Positions 12,342 to 26,494 of a DNA stretch of 64,000 bases are shown here, one piece after another (position 1 is the first letter of the stretch; the number at the start of each line of letters is the position of its first letter). Source of the stretch: Octopus vulgaris. Its lineage: Eukaryota. The stretch lies in assembly GCA_951406725.2 (NCBI GenBank), contig OX597817.1, positions 57,474,001 to 57,538,000 on the forward strand, read 5' to 3'. The notes under the pieces were generated by a model. It was not told where the DNA came from. It was given only the letters and a program-made list of their open reading frames with translations, and ran no database searches. The position numbers and the translations under genes were made by a program.

Positions 12342-13777
12342 CACACATACATACACACAGTTCATACATTATTTATCATCATTTATTGAGTACATTAAAA
12401 TATTAAACCCATTTCTTTGAATGAATGCGTGGTGCTGGCATTCCAAAAATAGAGAAGAGAGATGAGCTAAGCACTTTTTAACAGAAGCATACACATTTGT
12501 ATCACAGCATAAATAAACAGAACACATGAAGATTCTTCAACTAAGTGGTAAAGTACATATTTAAAATATTAGAATGAGGAAGAGGTCCTTCAAAGTGTAT
12601 TGGCAAATGTTCAAATGGATGAGAAGCTGTTATAAGAAAACTCTCTGCCAGACAATAATTAATTAGGTTACAGCTGGTGCAGACCCACTGTACTTCTTCA
12701 ACAGAAAATGGTATGCTATGTACTTTTAAAAAATGAAATGAAGTTGGGTTTGCAGTTTGTTTTTATTTGTTTGTTGAGCGAAGCAGTCTTTGTCCCAGAG
12801 TGGGAGAAGTCCGAAACGTGGTCCTTTGCTATTCGTAAGACCCGCAGAAGAGAAAGCAGTTCAACCCCCGACACCGAGAGCATCGACGGATGGATGAATG
12901 TGCATCCAGGCTCAGCGGTTGCATAGGAAGTCAGGGACAAGAAACAGGAAGAAAGAGTGAGAAAAAGTTGGAGCGAAAGAGTACAACAGGGGTCGCCACC
13001 ACCCCCTGCCGGAGCCTCATGGAGCTTTAAATGTTTTCGCTCAATAAACACACACAACGCCCAGTCTGGGAATTGAAACTGCGATACTCCGACAGCAAGT
13101 CCACTGCCCTAACCACTGGGCCATTGCGCCTCCTGGGTTTGCAGTTCAAAGTGAGATTTAGAATACGTTTGACACGTTCATTACTCACCCCATGGCTCTT
13201 GTAGAAGACTCTTACCCAAGGTGCTATGCAATGGGACTGAACCCAAAAACATGTGCTCGGGAAGCAAACATCTTAAGCCATACAGTCACATCATCATCAA
13301 ACCTATATTTCTATATAATCATTTATAGAAATTTTAGTCACATGAAATTCATTAATTCATGCTGTGGGATCAAAATTAACCATGTATTGGTTAATTAGTT
13401 AATTTTTTGACAGATCAAATTTCCTGGCGGATTCTTATCTATGATAATTTCACTAATTTTGTGGTCATTAATTTCCGCTGTTATCATAGACTCTGTAGTG
13501 GAACATACTGTCACCAAAGAGAAACTAATAGATCCAGACTGTATAACTGAAGATAAAATGCCGAAGATTGTGAAGCAGAAATATTGTGGACACTAAACCA
13601 GCAGACAATAACCCCAGCATCATTTTACACTTCGGACAAGAAGTGCACACAGAGCATCAGAGTGGTTCATCAGTTGACCACATAGAAAGCACATTTCGCA
13701 ATATATTTAAGGTTTCTTGCGACAAATTGTCCATATTTGCTGCTACAGTTTTCTTCATTGATATCAATGGAAATTGT

Positions 13778-14008
13778 AGTTGTGATACCTGTGCCGGTGG
13801 CACCAACTAATCGTGGCCGTTGCCAGCCTCGCCTGGCACGTAAAAAGCACCCACTACACTTATGGAGTGGTTGGCGTTAGGAAGGGCATCCAGCTGTAGA
13901 AACACTACCAGATCAGACTGGAGCCTGGTGCAGCCTCCTGGCTTCCCAGACCCCAGTCAAACCGTCCAACCCATGCTAGCATGGAAAGCGGATGTTAAAC
14001 GATGATGA
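13778..14008 (+). mobile_element. SINE/retroposon family C (GGAAGGGCATCCAGCTGTAGAAA core, (GAT)n tail); other copies ~21860-22130, 24880-25075, 30870-31400, 43135-43350, 46545-46810, 46937-47228(-), 54461-54740(-), 61118-61278(-)
   Basis: Near-identical 3' ends CCAACCCATGCTAGCATGGAAAGCGGACGTTAAACGATGAT with variable 5' truncation. Confidence 0.85.
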
Positions 14009-15350
14009 TAAAGATCTCACAGAAGCAATAAGCATTTGGTACATTCTTTTATTATGTTGAACTTGGTCCAAAGACCTGGCCAGTTGGATGGCACTGTCTA
14101 GAGATCTAGCAACTATAAAGCATTATCTAAAATTGTATAAGCGATTTTCTAAAAGGTCTACTACATCAGACTCAATATGTTGGTATAAGTTCTGTTTATT
14201 AGGGTTTAGCATCAGGATTGACAGGGATTAAGAAATACTTGAAACCCCCTTATTTATGATTTAAACTCTTTACGACATTGAGGAAATTTTACTGCAATGC
14301 AAAACTTGTTTGGTCCAGATGGCCTGATTATTTCCATTCAATGATTGGTAACTTTTAAAGTGATTGAACTGTTTCTGGATATCAGAGACACACATTGTCA
14401 GCAACCATAGCACTGGAAGAAGATGTAAGGGACATAATTGTTTCTAGAAATAAGCATAATATATAAACACACACATTATTTACTCGTGTAGAAGTTGCCC
14501 TAAATTATGCTCAAAAACTGGAGTGTGACTTAGACATTTGGCAAAACGTGAAGGGAGAAAAATGCACCAAAATTTAACACTAAATTAGGCAGGCAAATAA
14601 TGAGTAAATAACGGTATATGACTTATGTAAACATATCAGAGTATATAAGATGATGAACAGATAGTACTCAATACTAAAAATAGAGTTACATGTATTGGAA
14701 AGTGGAGCTTCACTAATTGAAACTGACTTTCTTGTATTTGGTCTTTGAAGATTACACACAGAACTATACACATACAATATATTATAATTTAGGGTATCTA
14801 AGAGATACCCTAAATTATAATTTTAATAATAATTATTACCTTTAAAGGTTTTTATTCCCATGCTGGCCACTTGGTAAGATCAATATTTAAATTAACAATC
14901 TTATCCTTATTTATATAAATACACATACTATATATATATATAAATTCATCATCTTAATTTGAATGTCCACTTTTCCATGCTGGCATGGGGTGGATGGACT
15001 TTATTCAGGCAGATTTTCTAGAGTCAGATGTCCTTCTTGTTGCCAACCCTCACTTGTTTTGAAGGAAGGTAATATCCCCCCAATGGCCAGACATGTTCTG
15101 CCAAAATATTGGAAACAAATGAGTGAATCATTCACAACTATCACACAATGTCAAGACAAGGGCACACATACACACACAATGTCAAGACAAGGGCACACAT
15201 ACACACACACACACTTGCTTCCCAAGCACATGGTTCTGGGTTCAATCCCACTGCGTGACACTTTGCGAAAGCATCTTCTATTACAGCATCAGACCAACCA
15301 GAGGCTTGTGAGTGGATTTAGTCCACAGAAACTGAAAGAAGCCCTTCGTA

Positions 15351-15415
<65 letters not shown>

Positions 15416-16449
15416 ATATAAAGAAGCCCTTTGTGTGAGTGTGTGTGTATATATATATATTTATATATACGAAGGGTTTCTTTCAGTCTATATATGTATG
15501 TATTTGTGTCTGTGTTTGTCACCCCACCATTGCTTGACAACTAATGTTAGTGTGTTTACATCCCCATAACTTAACGGTTCAGTAAAACAGACCCATTGAA
15601 TAAGTACTAGGCTTACGAAGAATAAGTTCTGGGGTCTGCAGTCAAATGACAAAAACAAGTAACAGAATAAAAGAATATATATATCACATGAACCAAATAC
15701 TGTTAACATACTTGTGTGTTTGCGTAACTGGTTATCCAACAACACTTGAGTGAGACAACGCCTATGCTATTTCTTACTTTCAACTGGATTTTAATTGAAA
15801 TATCAGAAACTTGTCAATAAATCCAACTGCAGATATTTTTGTGTCTTAATCGAAATTAACTATTAATTAATCGTTAATTTCTCGTTAATTATTAAAATTA
15901 AATTAATCATTACCAGCGCTAATATATATGCACACGACGGTCTTCCTTTAGTTTCCATCTACCAAATCCATTCTTATAGCTTTGGTCAGCCTGAAGCTAT
16001 AGTAGAAAACACTTGCCCAAGGCACCATGCCGTAGAACTGAACCAAGAACCACATGGTTGGGAAGCAAGCTTCTTACCACCGAGCCATGCTTGTGCCAAT
16101 TAAGTAATAAAAAATAAAATGGATTTTAAGAAAATACAGTTACAATTTCACACAACCACACGTATTTGTGTGAAATTGTAATACACACACACAAAGCTTC
16201 AGGTAAGGTACAATCTAACTAAGATACATAAGATGCAGAGTACATGAGATTTAGTAGAAGCACTGACAGAAAACAAGTTGCAGAACACACACACACACAC
16301 ATGCATGACTATAAACGTGTGAAGTTTATAGTAAGTAGTGATAGAAACCAACTGTGCACAAGTATAGAAATCTGTAGAATAAGCACATGTGATGATTCCA
16401 ATGACCGTGTGTGAATATGTGTGTGTGTATATATATATATGTGTGCGTT

Positions 16450-16514
<65 letters not shown>

Positions 16515-17577
16515 GACGTGTATAAATATATACACATATAAATAGTAAAGACACGTGTAATGATGTACTCTGTGTGTGTGTGTGTATACACACAAATCTT
16601 TTACTTGTTTCAGTCATTAGAAAGCGGCCATGCTGGAGTATCGCCTTGAATTTTTTCAGTAGAATGAATCAACCCGGTATATTTTTAAAACTTGGTGCTT
16701 ATTCTATCGGCTGCTTTTGCCGAACCGCTAGCTTACGGGAAGGTAAACACACCAATACCGGTTGCCAAAGACTGACACACACACACATATATATCGGGGT
16801 TCTTTCAGTTTCCGTTTACCAAATCCACTCACAAGGCCTTATTCAGGCCGAGGCTACATTAGAAGAACACTTGCCCAATGTGCCACGCAGTGGGTTTGAA
16901 CTCGGAACCATGTTGTTTGGGTGCAAGCTTCTTACCACACAACCACACCTGCGCCTATGCTAATGTGATGCTGTGCAGTCCAAAAAGAAAAAAAAAAAAC
17001 AGGGCGGCGGGAGATGATATATATTAATGTCCCTAGCTTTGTCTCTTTATGCCTATGGGTTCAAATCACGTCGAGATCTATGTGTTTGGTCAATAAACCA
17101 GGCACTTAACACGGCCAGGAGTTGGTCTAATCGATTACACTCCCCCCCCCAGCCTCATAATGTGTTGCCTTGGGCCAATATGACAGATCGATACAGACAT
17201 CATAACAAAAAACAGCGCATTAACTATTAAATAACAAGGAGACTATTAGGAGTCTTAGGTATTTATAACTATACACACACCAACACTATATTCACACACA
17301 CACATATATATATACGCGCGCGCACGCACATATACACGCGCGCATTTTCATATATAAAAATATATGGCAAGACAAAGCAACGAGAGTGAGAGAAAACCGG
17401 AGTTCGTATGACAGACAAAACAATTTGTTATATAAACATACATAAGTTATATATATATATATATACACACACACAAACGTCTTGGAGGGTATACATACAT
17501 GTGTATTATCATGTGTGTGTGTCTTTCTATTACTAGTATGTGCGTATGTGTGCATTGATGCGTATGTATATTATGTA

Positions 17578-17620
<43 letters not shown>

Positions 17621-17874
17621 CTTTATTGCCCTCAGGTGGGGGCTAAACATAGAGGGGACAAACAAGGACAGACAAAAGGATTAAGTCGATTACATCGACC
17701 CCAGTGCGAAACTGGTACTTAATTTATCGACCCCGAAAGGATGAAAGGCAAAGTCGACCTCGGTGGAATTTGAACTCGGAACGTAACGTCAGACGAAATT
17801 ATATATACATATTTATATCATGAAGTGCGCGTGTGTGTGTGTATATAGGCATATATATGTATATAACTACTCAC

Positions 17875-18170
17875 CTATATTTATATCCCGTAGGAAAGTG
17901 GCTGTCCTGCGTTCGAGTTAATTCCTCATTAGAGTTTCGAACCTCAGCTCCGTCGTTACGGGGAGGCGGTGACGGTGATGTTTTCATATTTGTCGTCGTC
18001 GTCGTTGTTATTGTTGTTGTTGCATGTGTTGTAGAACACAACGACGATGTTTTTGATGATGATGATGATGATGTTGGCGATGATGACGGTGCTGGTGATG
18101 TGGTGGTGTTCATGATGTTTGAAGATAGACGTGAGGCTATTACCTTGGTAGAATCCTCTTGTGTTGTCAT
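17875..18170 (-). CDS. OSBPL1A: Probable alternative first coding exon (short ORP1S-like isoform), Ser/Thr-rich N-terminus
   Basis: ATG at 18170, 98 codons plus 2 nt, donor AG|GTGAGT in phase 2; ends GYKY(R) like the VYKY(R) of the constitutive exon; CpG-rich surroundings. Confidence 0.65.
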
Positions 18171-20535
18171 TATGGACAGTGGTAGACTAGTTTAGATATA
18201 CATGTGTAAATATACATATACACACTCGACTAGCTTATACATATGTGCGTAGCTCTGCAAAAGACTTATATTAACACATACATGCGTACACACTCAGTTT
18301 TTTACATTTTTGTATATACACCTAGGTATATATACACACACACACAAATACTGTTATAAATACATGAGGACACACTTCATACATATATGTACATAAATAT
18401 ATATATATACATATATATATAGACACACACACACAGACTTATGTTATAGACACATGGGTAGACTCATAGTAAAATTTTTTATACATACACGTTTACACAC
18501 AAAGCATGTATATACACACATTATCCAAACTAGACTAGTTCATGTATATAAATAAATATATATAGACAATAGCACACACATTAGACGAACATATACATAC
18601 ACATAACAGACAAATGAGTGTATATACAGGAGACTATATAATAAACACTAGACAGGAACTAAACGCACATATTTAGACAAATAGACACATGTATGCTTAT
18701 ATACATAAATATATATACATATATATATTATATATATTGATGTATGTATAATGTTATATATTCCTGGGTGTGTTGAATTAATATAAAGAGATCGAGGGTA
18801 TATACATGAGTATGTATATATATGTGTGTATATGTGTGTGTATGTGTATATATATATATCTATGTCCCTGTAATATTTCTCTCTCAGACTTGGTTCCGTT
18901 ATAAAATCCTACAGTTGAGCTTCCCAAAAGCCTTCCAGTTCAGTCAGCTGGTCTGGCTCATTTCTCCTCCCCTTCTCTCTTTCCCTCTCTGTCTGACTTC
19001 CTATCTGTCTATACATTCGTCTTCTCTCCCTCCCTCCCGTTCTGTCTCTTTTTCTCTCTCTGTCTCTCTACCTACGTCCTTTCCCATTCTTCCCCCTCTC
19101 TCTCTAGATCTTTTGTTTCTCTCCGAGGAACGCTAGAAGTATTTGGACGGAGCGAGAGGAGAAGGGAGAGGGAGTGTAGATGTGATTGAAGGAAAGAGAG
19201 GAGACTTGAATTGTGTCTGTGTGTTCAGATGTATGTATGTGTGTGTGTGTGTGCCGTATACAGAGAAAGACTGAGGAAGTAAAGTTGTGTGTGAGCACTC
19301 TTGCATGTATGTGTGTGCGTGCGTGTGTGAAACGGAAAAGGAGGGAAGTGTGTATGAAGACGGAAGGATGAGGAGGTGGGGGAGGAAGTAAGCATTAAAA
19401 AAAAGGCAGGGGGAGAAAAGAGAAAGAATAGGTTGAATGAGGGAGGAAAATAAGTGAAAAATTGAGAAGATGGGAGAAAAAAGAGAGAGGGGAAAAACAA
19501 TGATTTTGAAAAAAGAGGAAGAAGGAGGAAAGGGTAGATTGGTACAGAGAGAAAGGAGTAAAGGGAGGAGCAAGGAGAGAAACAGAGAAAGTGTTAGAGA
19601 GGGGGAGAGAGAAAGAGTAAATGAGGCAGGCGAGGTAGGAAGGTAGAGGATTAAAGACAACTGTTGTTGGATTGGAGATTATCAATTGATGCAAGGATTA
19701 GGGACGATGAATAATAGTTTAATATTGAAGGGGGAAATAGGGAAAGCTGAATGAGAGGAAACGTGAGAGTATTGTTCTATTGTGTGAGGAAATAGACATT
19801 GAGAAGAAGGTAGCCGCGGATTAAAGGAGAAAATGCGGTCTTAGCCTAAGAAGGGATAAAGACGGTAATGGCTAGATGTGTAACTGTTCTTGATAAATAG
19901 AAGTTAGACAAGAATAAGTTCGGGATCTGGGTAAGGGACAATTAGGTTTACAAATAATTTTCAAAGGGTCATCTGTGATAACTCATTCATTGAGATAAGT
20001 CTTGTGGTCCGTCACTAACCATGGGGTCTATGTTGTTTTCGTCAACAACCAGTGGAGGCACTTGTCTCTGTGCCACTAACCAGAATGAGATGTCTATTTG
20101 CAGACACAAACAGAAGTAAACACCTTCTCTACGTTTCCCTTTTTGTTTGGGAATTAAAGATGAGATTCGTGATGTTGGTTGAACAGTAGTAATTCTTCAG
20201 GTGTACAACTGTAATAATAAATTCTGCAACAAAGAGAAAGCCAGGTATATGAGGAGGAAAGAACAGTCATTTCTTTGCAATACAGCATTTGGTGCTCTAT
20301 TTCAGAAGAATGAAAAGCAAATGACTAATTTGAACGCAAAACGTACGGAACTTGAACAAATATATAGGCGCGGGCGTGGCTGTGTGGTAAGAATCTTGCT
20401 TCTCAATCGCATGATTCAGGGTTCAAAGTTCAGTTGCATTGCATGGCACCTTAGGCAAGTGTCTTCTACTGCAGTCTCAGACCGACCAAAGCCTTGTAAG
20501 TGGATTTGGCAGACGGAAACTGAAAGAAGCCTGTC

Positions 20536-20596
<61 letters not shown>

Positions 20597-22395
20597 AATA
20601 ATGAGGGTGATAAATTGAATATTAATTTAATTAACATCAATTTAAAACAAGTAGCCTAGCATATATAAAAATCTGAAAATTCAAGAAAAATTGTATTACA
20701 TGTGGTTAGATCGTAGGTGATCTTCTAGCATATTGGATGTCCACTTAACGGTCATCCCTTCTTATACATATCTCCCTATATATATATATGTATGTATATA
20801 TTTCTGTGTCTCTGTTTGTCCATCCACCATCGCTTGTCAACTGATGTTGGTGTGTTTACGTTCCTGTAATTTAGCGGTTCGGCAAAAGACACCAAGAGAA
20901 TAATCTTACAAAGAATAAGCTCAAGGGGTTGATTTCTTCAACTAAAAGGCGGTGCTCCAGCATGACCACAGTCAAAATGATTGGAATAAGTGTAAGAATA
21001 AATCGAGCAAACCATTTTGTTTGATGTTCTAAAATTTTGTCAACAAAAATGATGATGACTAAGGTTCAAAATTTGGAAGAAGGGGTTATAGTCTTTGAAA
21101 TACTGGTTTCCAATTTTGGTACAATGCCAGCCATTTCAGAGGAAGGGATAAAGCATTGATCCCAGTGCTTGAGTGGTACTTATTTTATCAACCCTGAAAG
21201 GGATGAAAGGCAAAGTCAGCTTGGGTGAAATTTGAACTCAGAACATAAAGAGCTAAAAAATGCCACTAAGCATTTCACCCAGCATGCTAACAATACTGTC
21301 AGCTTGCCAATATAAATAATGCCTAAGGTGGTGAGCTTAGCGGTATTTCGTCTGTTTTTACTTTTTTAGTTCAAATTCTGCCATGGTCAACTTTGCCTTT
21401 CATCCTTTTGGGGTCGACAAATTAAGTAACACTTACATTCTGGGGTTGATCTTGACTAGCCCCCTCCGCTAGACAAGAATATTTTAAAGGTGGCGAGCTG
21501 GCAGAAACGTTAGCACGCCGGGCGAAATGCTTAGTGGTATTTTGTCTGTCTTTACATTCTGAGTTCAAATTCTGCCAAGGTCGACTTTGCCTTTCATCCT
21601 TTCAGGGTTGATAAATTAAGTACCAGTTGCGTACTGGGAGTCAATCTAATTGATTGGCCCACTTCCCAAAAATTTCGAGCCTTGAGCCTAGAGTAGATGG
21701 ACCCCAGTAATTCACTGGTACATAATTTATCAACCCCAACAGGATGAAAGGCAAAGCTGACCTCGGCAGAATTTGAATTCAGAATGTAAAGACAGAAAAA
21801 ACACAACTAAGCATTTTGTCTGGCATGCTAACAATTCTGCCAGCTTGCCTCCTTATCCACCTTGCATGCTGGTGGCACACAATAAGCACCATTCATGCAT
21901 GGGTCGTTACCAGTGCTGCTTGATTGGCTCCCCATGCTGGTGGCACATAAAAAGCACCCACTACACTCTCAGACTGGTTGGCATTAGGAAGGGCATCCAG
22001 CTGTAGAAATACTGCCAGATGAGACTGGAGCCTGGTGTGACCTCCTGGCTTGCCAGCTCTCGGTCAAACTGTCCAACCCATGCCAGCATGGAAAGCAGAC
22101 ATTAAACGATGATGGTGATGATGATGATGATTATTATTTCTACAAGGCCTTGAAAATTTTGGGGGAAGAGGGCTAGTTGATTATATTGCCCAGTGCATAA
22201 CTGGTACTTATTTCAACCCCGAAATGATGGGAGTCAAAGTTGACCGTGGCAGAATTTGAACTCAGAACATAGTGGCAGACAAAATACCGCTAAGCATTTT
22301 ATCTGGCCTGCTAACAATTCTGCCAGCTTGCTGCCTCATCCACTTTGATGATGATGATGACGACGACGACGACAACAACGAAGAGGATGATGATA

Positions 22396-22945
22396 AATGC
22401 CCTGATGCAGTACCAGGCAGTGGCTCTTATGGCTTCTGAGCTTAACTGATTGAAAGTGTTATCATGTTTTATCTTGGTAAAAAAGATGGGCTACAGCAAA
22501 TATTCTGCACAATACCACAGATTTGCTTGTCAATTGTTTGACCTTAATCAGTTGAGCATGTCCCTTAGTGGCTAACGATATGTGCATCTCTGATCACGAG
22601 CAGAAGTAGTGGGGTAGCATCATAACCATGTTTGGGAGGGATTCTTTGGGGTTTGGATAATTCACCTCTGGAAACATGGGCGTTTCATTCAACATCCTTA
22701 AACAATCCTTATTCAGGGACCTTTTGAGCGGGATTGGTTACTCGACCAGAAGAAAATTTTGACTGAGCCCCACCTGCAAAGCCATGCTCTGCTTATGTTG
22801 ATATGAGATCTCCATGTTGCGCACATATGGTTGTGATGCATGTGCCTGGTGTACCCTTATCAGACGGGTAGTCATGATGGGTATACTGGGCTTCGTATAT
22901 TTTACCCCAGTGTCACTTTGATGGCATGCACTGCTCTTTCACTCA
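22396..22945 (+). mobile_element. ~550-bp non-coding retroposon ending in (AAT)n; 5'-truncated copies at 23633-23690(+) and 31755-31885(-)
   Basis: Shared 3' end GTGTCACTTTGATGGCATGCACTGCTC..ACTCA(ATA)n in three places. Confidence 0.7.
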
Positions 22946-25266
22946 ATAATAATAATATTAAGAAAATGGTTTCACATTTTGGCACAAGGCCAGCAATTTA
23001 GGGGGAGGATTAACTCAGTTGCATCAACCCCAGTACACAACTGGTACTTATTTATTGACCCCCAAAACGATGAAAGTCAAAGTCCCGTGGTGCGGTACCT
23101 TGATCGAGTGTCTTCTTCTATAGCCTTGGGCTGACCAATGTCTTGTAAGTGAATTTGTTGAATGGAAACTGTGTGGAATCCCATCATATATACACATATA
23201 TATGTATGTGTGAGTGTCTTTGTGTTGGTGTATGTACCCCCATCACCTCTTGACAGCCGGTGTTTGTTTGTTTACATCACTGTAACTTAGCAGTTTGGCA
23301 AAAGAGACCAACAGGATATGTACCAAACTTACAAAAAGGGGTCAATTTGTTTGACTAAACCCTTCACGGCAGTGCCCCAGTATGGCCACAGTCCAATAAC
23401 TGAGGCAAATAAGAGATAAGATAATAATTTCAGGTGGAGCCATAGCTGTAGAGGTAAGTTTGCTTCCCAACCCCATAGTTTCAGGTTCAGTTCCACTGAG
23501 TGGCACCTTGGGCAAGTATTTTCTACTATAGCTGCAGGTCAATTCTAAAATCCTAGGGATAAATCTGGAAGATGAAAAGTCATCATATATGGGTGTGTGT
23601 GTTTGTATGTCTTTGTGTCTGTGTTTGTAACCCTGGGCTTCGTATATTTTACCCCGGTGTCACTTTGATGGCATGCACTGCTCACTCATAATAATAATGA
23701 TAATAATAAATGAATAAATAAATTGCTGGTTTTGAACCCTACAACAGACTGGCATCCGATTCAGGTGGAATCTTGTGATTTTGGTCACTAATATGCCATG
23801 GAAAATGGGTCACCAGCCTGATGAATTCTAGGGCTCAAAGAAAATTTTAAAAAAAAAGGTTAACTGATAACATGTCCAGCTGTTCTTAATGTTATCCTAG
23901 GTTAACGACTAGCATGTGCCACAAATTCTATAATGTTATCCTATAATATCTAACACATATGGATTACCTGAGCATCCATATTTTGCTGTAATGAGCTGGT
24001 CCATCAAGTCAAGGAGAGATTCTGAAATATACTGATAGAAAGGCCACTGTCCACCACATACAGGCCAGAAATTGGAGTAGATGATACATCCAAAGCTTCT
24101 CTAAAATCTGTTAATATTATCTGTGATGTGACTGGCCCTGCAATAAACTGGCTCACCACAGCACAGGAACACCAATGAGAAGTATTATGTCTTTTAGGCA
24201 AAGCAATTTGCAGAAATCCAAAGGAAATGAAGGCGTTCCAATATTTGAACCACTTCAGTTCTACTTGTTAGGAGCTAAATTGTATAAGCCTGACATAACG
24301 ATCAGGGACTCGCAGAGAAATTCTGCGACGTGAAACAAGGTTGCTTTGGGAAGAGCTGGGAGCTCCTCCTTCTCCCTCCTCATCAGAAATTCATGGTAGT
24401 GATGGTGGTGGTGGTGGCGGTTGTCTTCTTGAATATTCAAATCCCAGACTAGTGTACCAGCTGAACCACATCTCTCTTAGCCCCTGATAACTGTATATGG
24501 AAAACAGAACATTGTTTCATTTCTCCCTCCTCTACCCTCACTCCATCACCGTTTCCCCCCACTTCCCTCATACTCCCTTTTCTTTCACACGACACTCTAG
24601 CTGATCTTCAGCGATTGGCCCCTTCTCTATTCACCCTGTAGGTCAGACTGCCCTGAATGAAACAAAACATCGAATAGTGAGGAGATTTTAGCCTTATGGA
24701 CATACAGAGTAATCTCACTCTGGCTGGTATTTATTCTTCTGGCACTCTGTCAGTTACGATGACAAGGTTCCAGATGATCCAATCAACAAAACAGACTGCT
24801 CGTTAAGTGAATATACAAGTGGCTGAGCACTCCACAGACATGTCTACCCATAATGTAGTTCTCGCAGAGGGCTGGCTCATGTGACGGTGGCACGTAAAAG
24901 CACCCACTACACTCTTGGAGTGGTTGGCATTAGGAAGGGCATCCAGCTGTAGAAACACTGCCAGATCAGACTGGAGCCTGGTGCAGCCTACCGGCTTGCC
25001 AGACTCCAGTCAAACCGTCCAACCCATGCCAGCATGGAAACCGGACGTTAAATGATGATGATGATGATGATGATGATTCAGCATGACTCAGAATGGGATA
25101 AGGCTAGCTCTCTGAAACTCAGGTACAATTCGTTTTTGCCAGTCGAATGGACAGGAGCAATGTGAAAAAAAGTGTCTTGCTCAAGGACACAGTGCGCTGC
25201 CGAATACCCCCTAACCACAAAACCACGTGCCTTCACTTCCAGCTGGTGCTATAATATGACAAATAT

Positions 25267-25482
25267 AAGGTGGCGAGCTGGCAGAAACTTCAGCGCGCCG
25301 GGCGAAATGCTTAGCAGTATTTCGTCTGCCGTTACGTTCTGAGTTCAAATTCCGCCGAGCTCGACATTGCCTTTCATCCTTCTGGGGTCGATAAATTAAG
25401 TACCAGTTACGCACTGGGTCGATGTTATCGACTTAATCCGTTTGTCTGTCCTTGTTTGTCCTTTCTGTGGGCAGTAAAGAAA
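25267..25482 (+). mobile_element. tRNA-derived SINE family B (core GCCTTTCATCCTTTCGGGGTCGATAAATTAAGTACCAG); other copies ~17617-17798(-), several at 21150-22337, 39058-39212, 42900-43125, 62967-63198, 63706-63952
   Basis: Head GGCGAGCTGGCAGAA...GAGTTCAAATTCC and shared core in more than ten copies. Confidence 0.85.
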
Positions 25483-26199
25483 CAGGGAAATCATGCGGAA
25501 AATAGAATATAGGGATGAGGTGTGGTCCTTTGACTCTACAAGTGCAGGAACTCCTTTATAAGGTCTGACTCAGAGAAGGTGGGGATCCAACCCAACCGTT
25601 TCAGCACGGAAAATAGATGGAGGAGGGCGGCGAGGACGAAGGCGATGATGAAGACGTCGATGGTGATGACATACATACGTATCATTATATACTTACATAT
25701 ATAACAAGAAAGCGGGTGTGATACTCACACACGCATATATAAATACATATACAAACATGTGTACATCGGTACATATGCGCACACACATACACAAATACAT
25801 ATATTCACGAGGTCATGACATGTGGGAAGGATAAATGCATGGAGATGCGTGAATAGAGTTCACAAATTGTGTTTATTTATGTCGATATTTGACGCTCGTA
25901 ACACACACACGTGGTATGTCTTGTGGAAAAGTAAGACTACATGTGACACGGCAGGAAGACGTAATTTATTAACTCCAACCAACTCCATTCTTTCTCAAGT
26001 AGGAACAACAACAGCAGGAGGAGGAGGAGGAGACAAAAGGGGAACATAGATGTCGATTATTTTTCAATGAACGAAATATTCTCCTCTTCAACCATGTCTC
26101 GGCTCTTTCTTCCGCCCATCTATTCATCTTATTGTCTTTCTATGTCTTGTCTCTGTATCTCTTTATTCATTCATCAATCGACCACTTTATCTAGCTATC

Positions 26200-26329
26200 T
26201 GTCTGTATGTATATCTATGTCTGTCTGTCTGTCTATCTATCTATTTGTCTGTCTGTCTATCTATCTGTCTGTCTGTCTATTTATCTAACTATCTGTATGT
26301 CTGCCTGTCTGTCTATCTATCTATCTGTA

Positions 26330-26360
<31 letters not shown>

Positions 26361-26457
26361 GTCTGTCTATCTATCTATCTATTTGTCTGTCTGTCTATCT
26401 ATCTATCTATCTATCTATTTGTCTGTCTGTCTATCGATCTATCTATCTATTTGTCTG

Positions 26458-26494
<37 letters not shown>

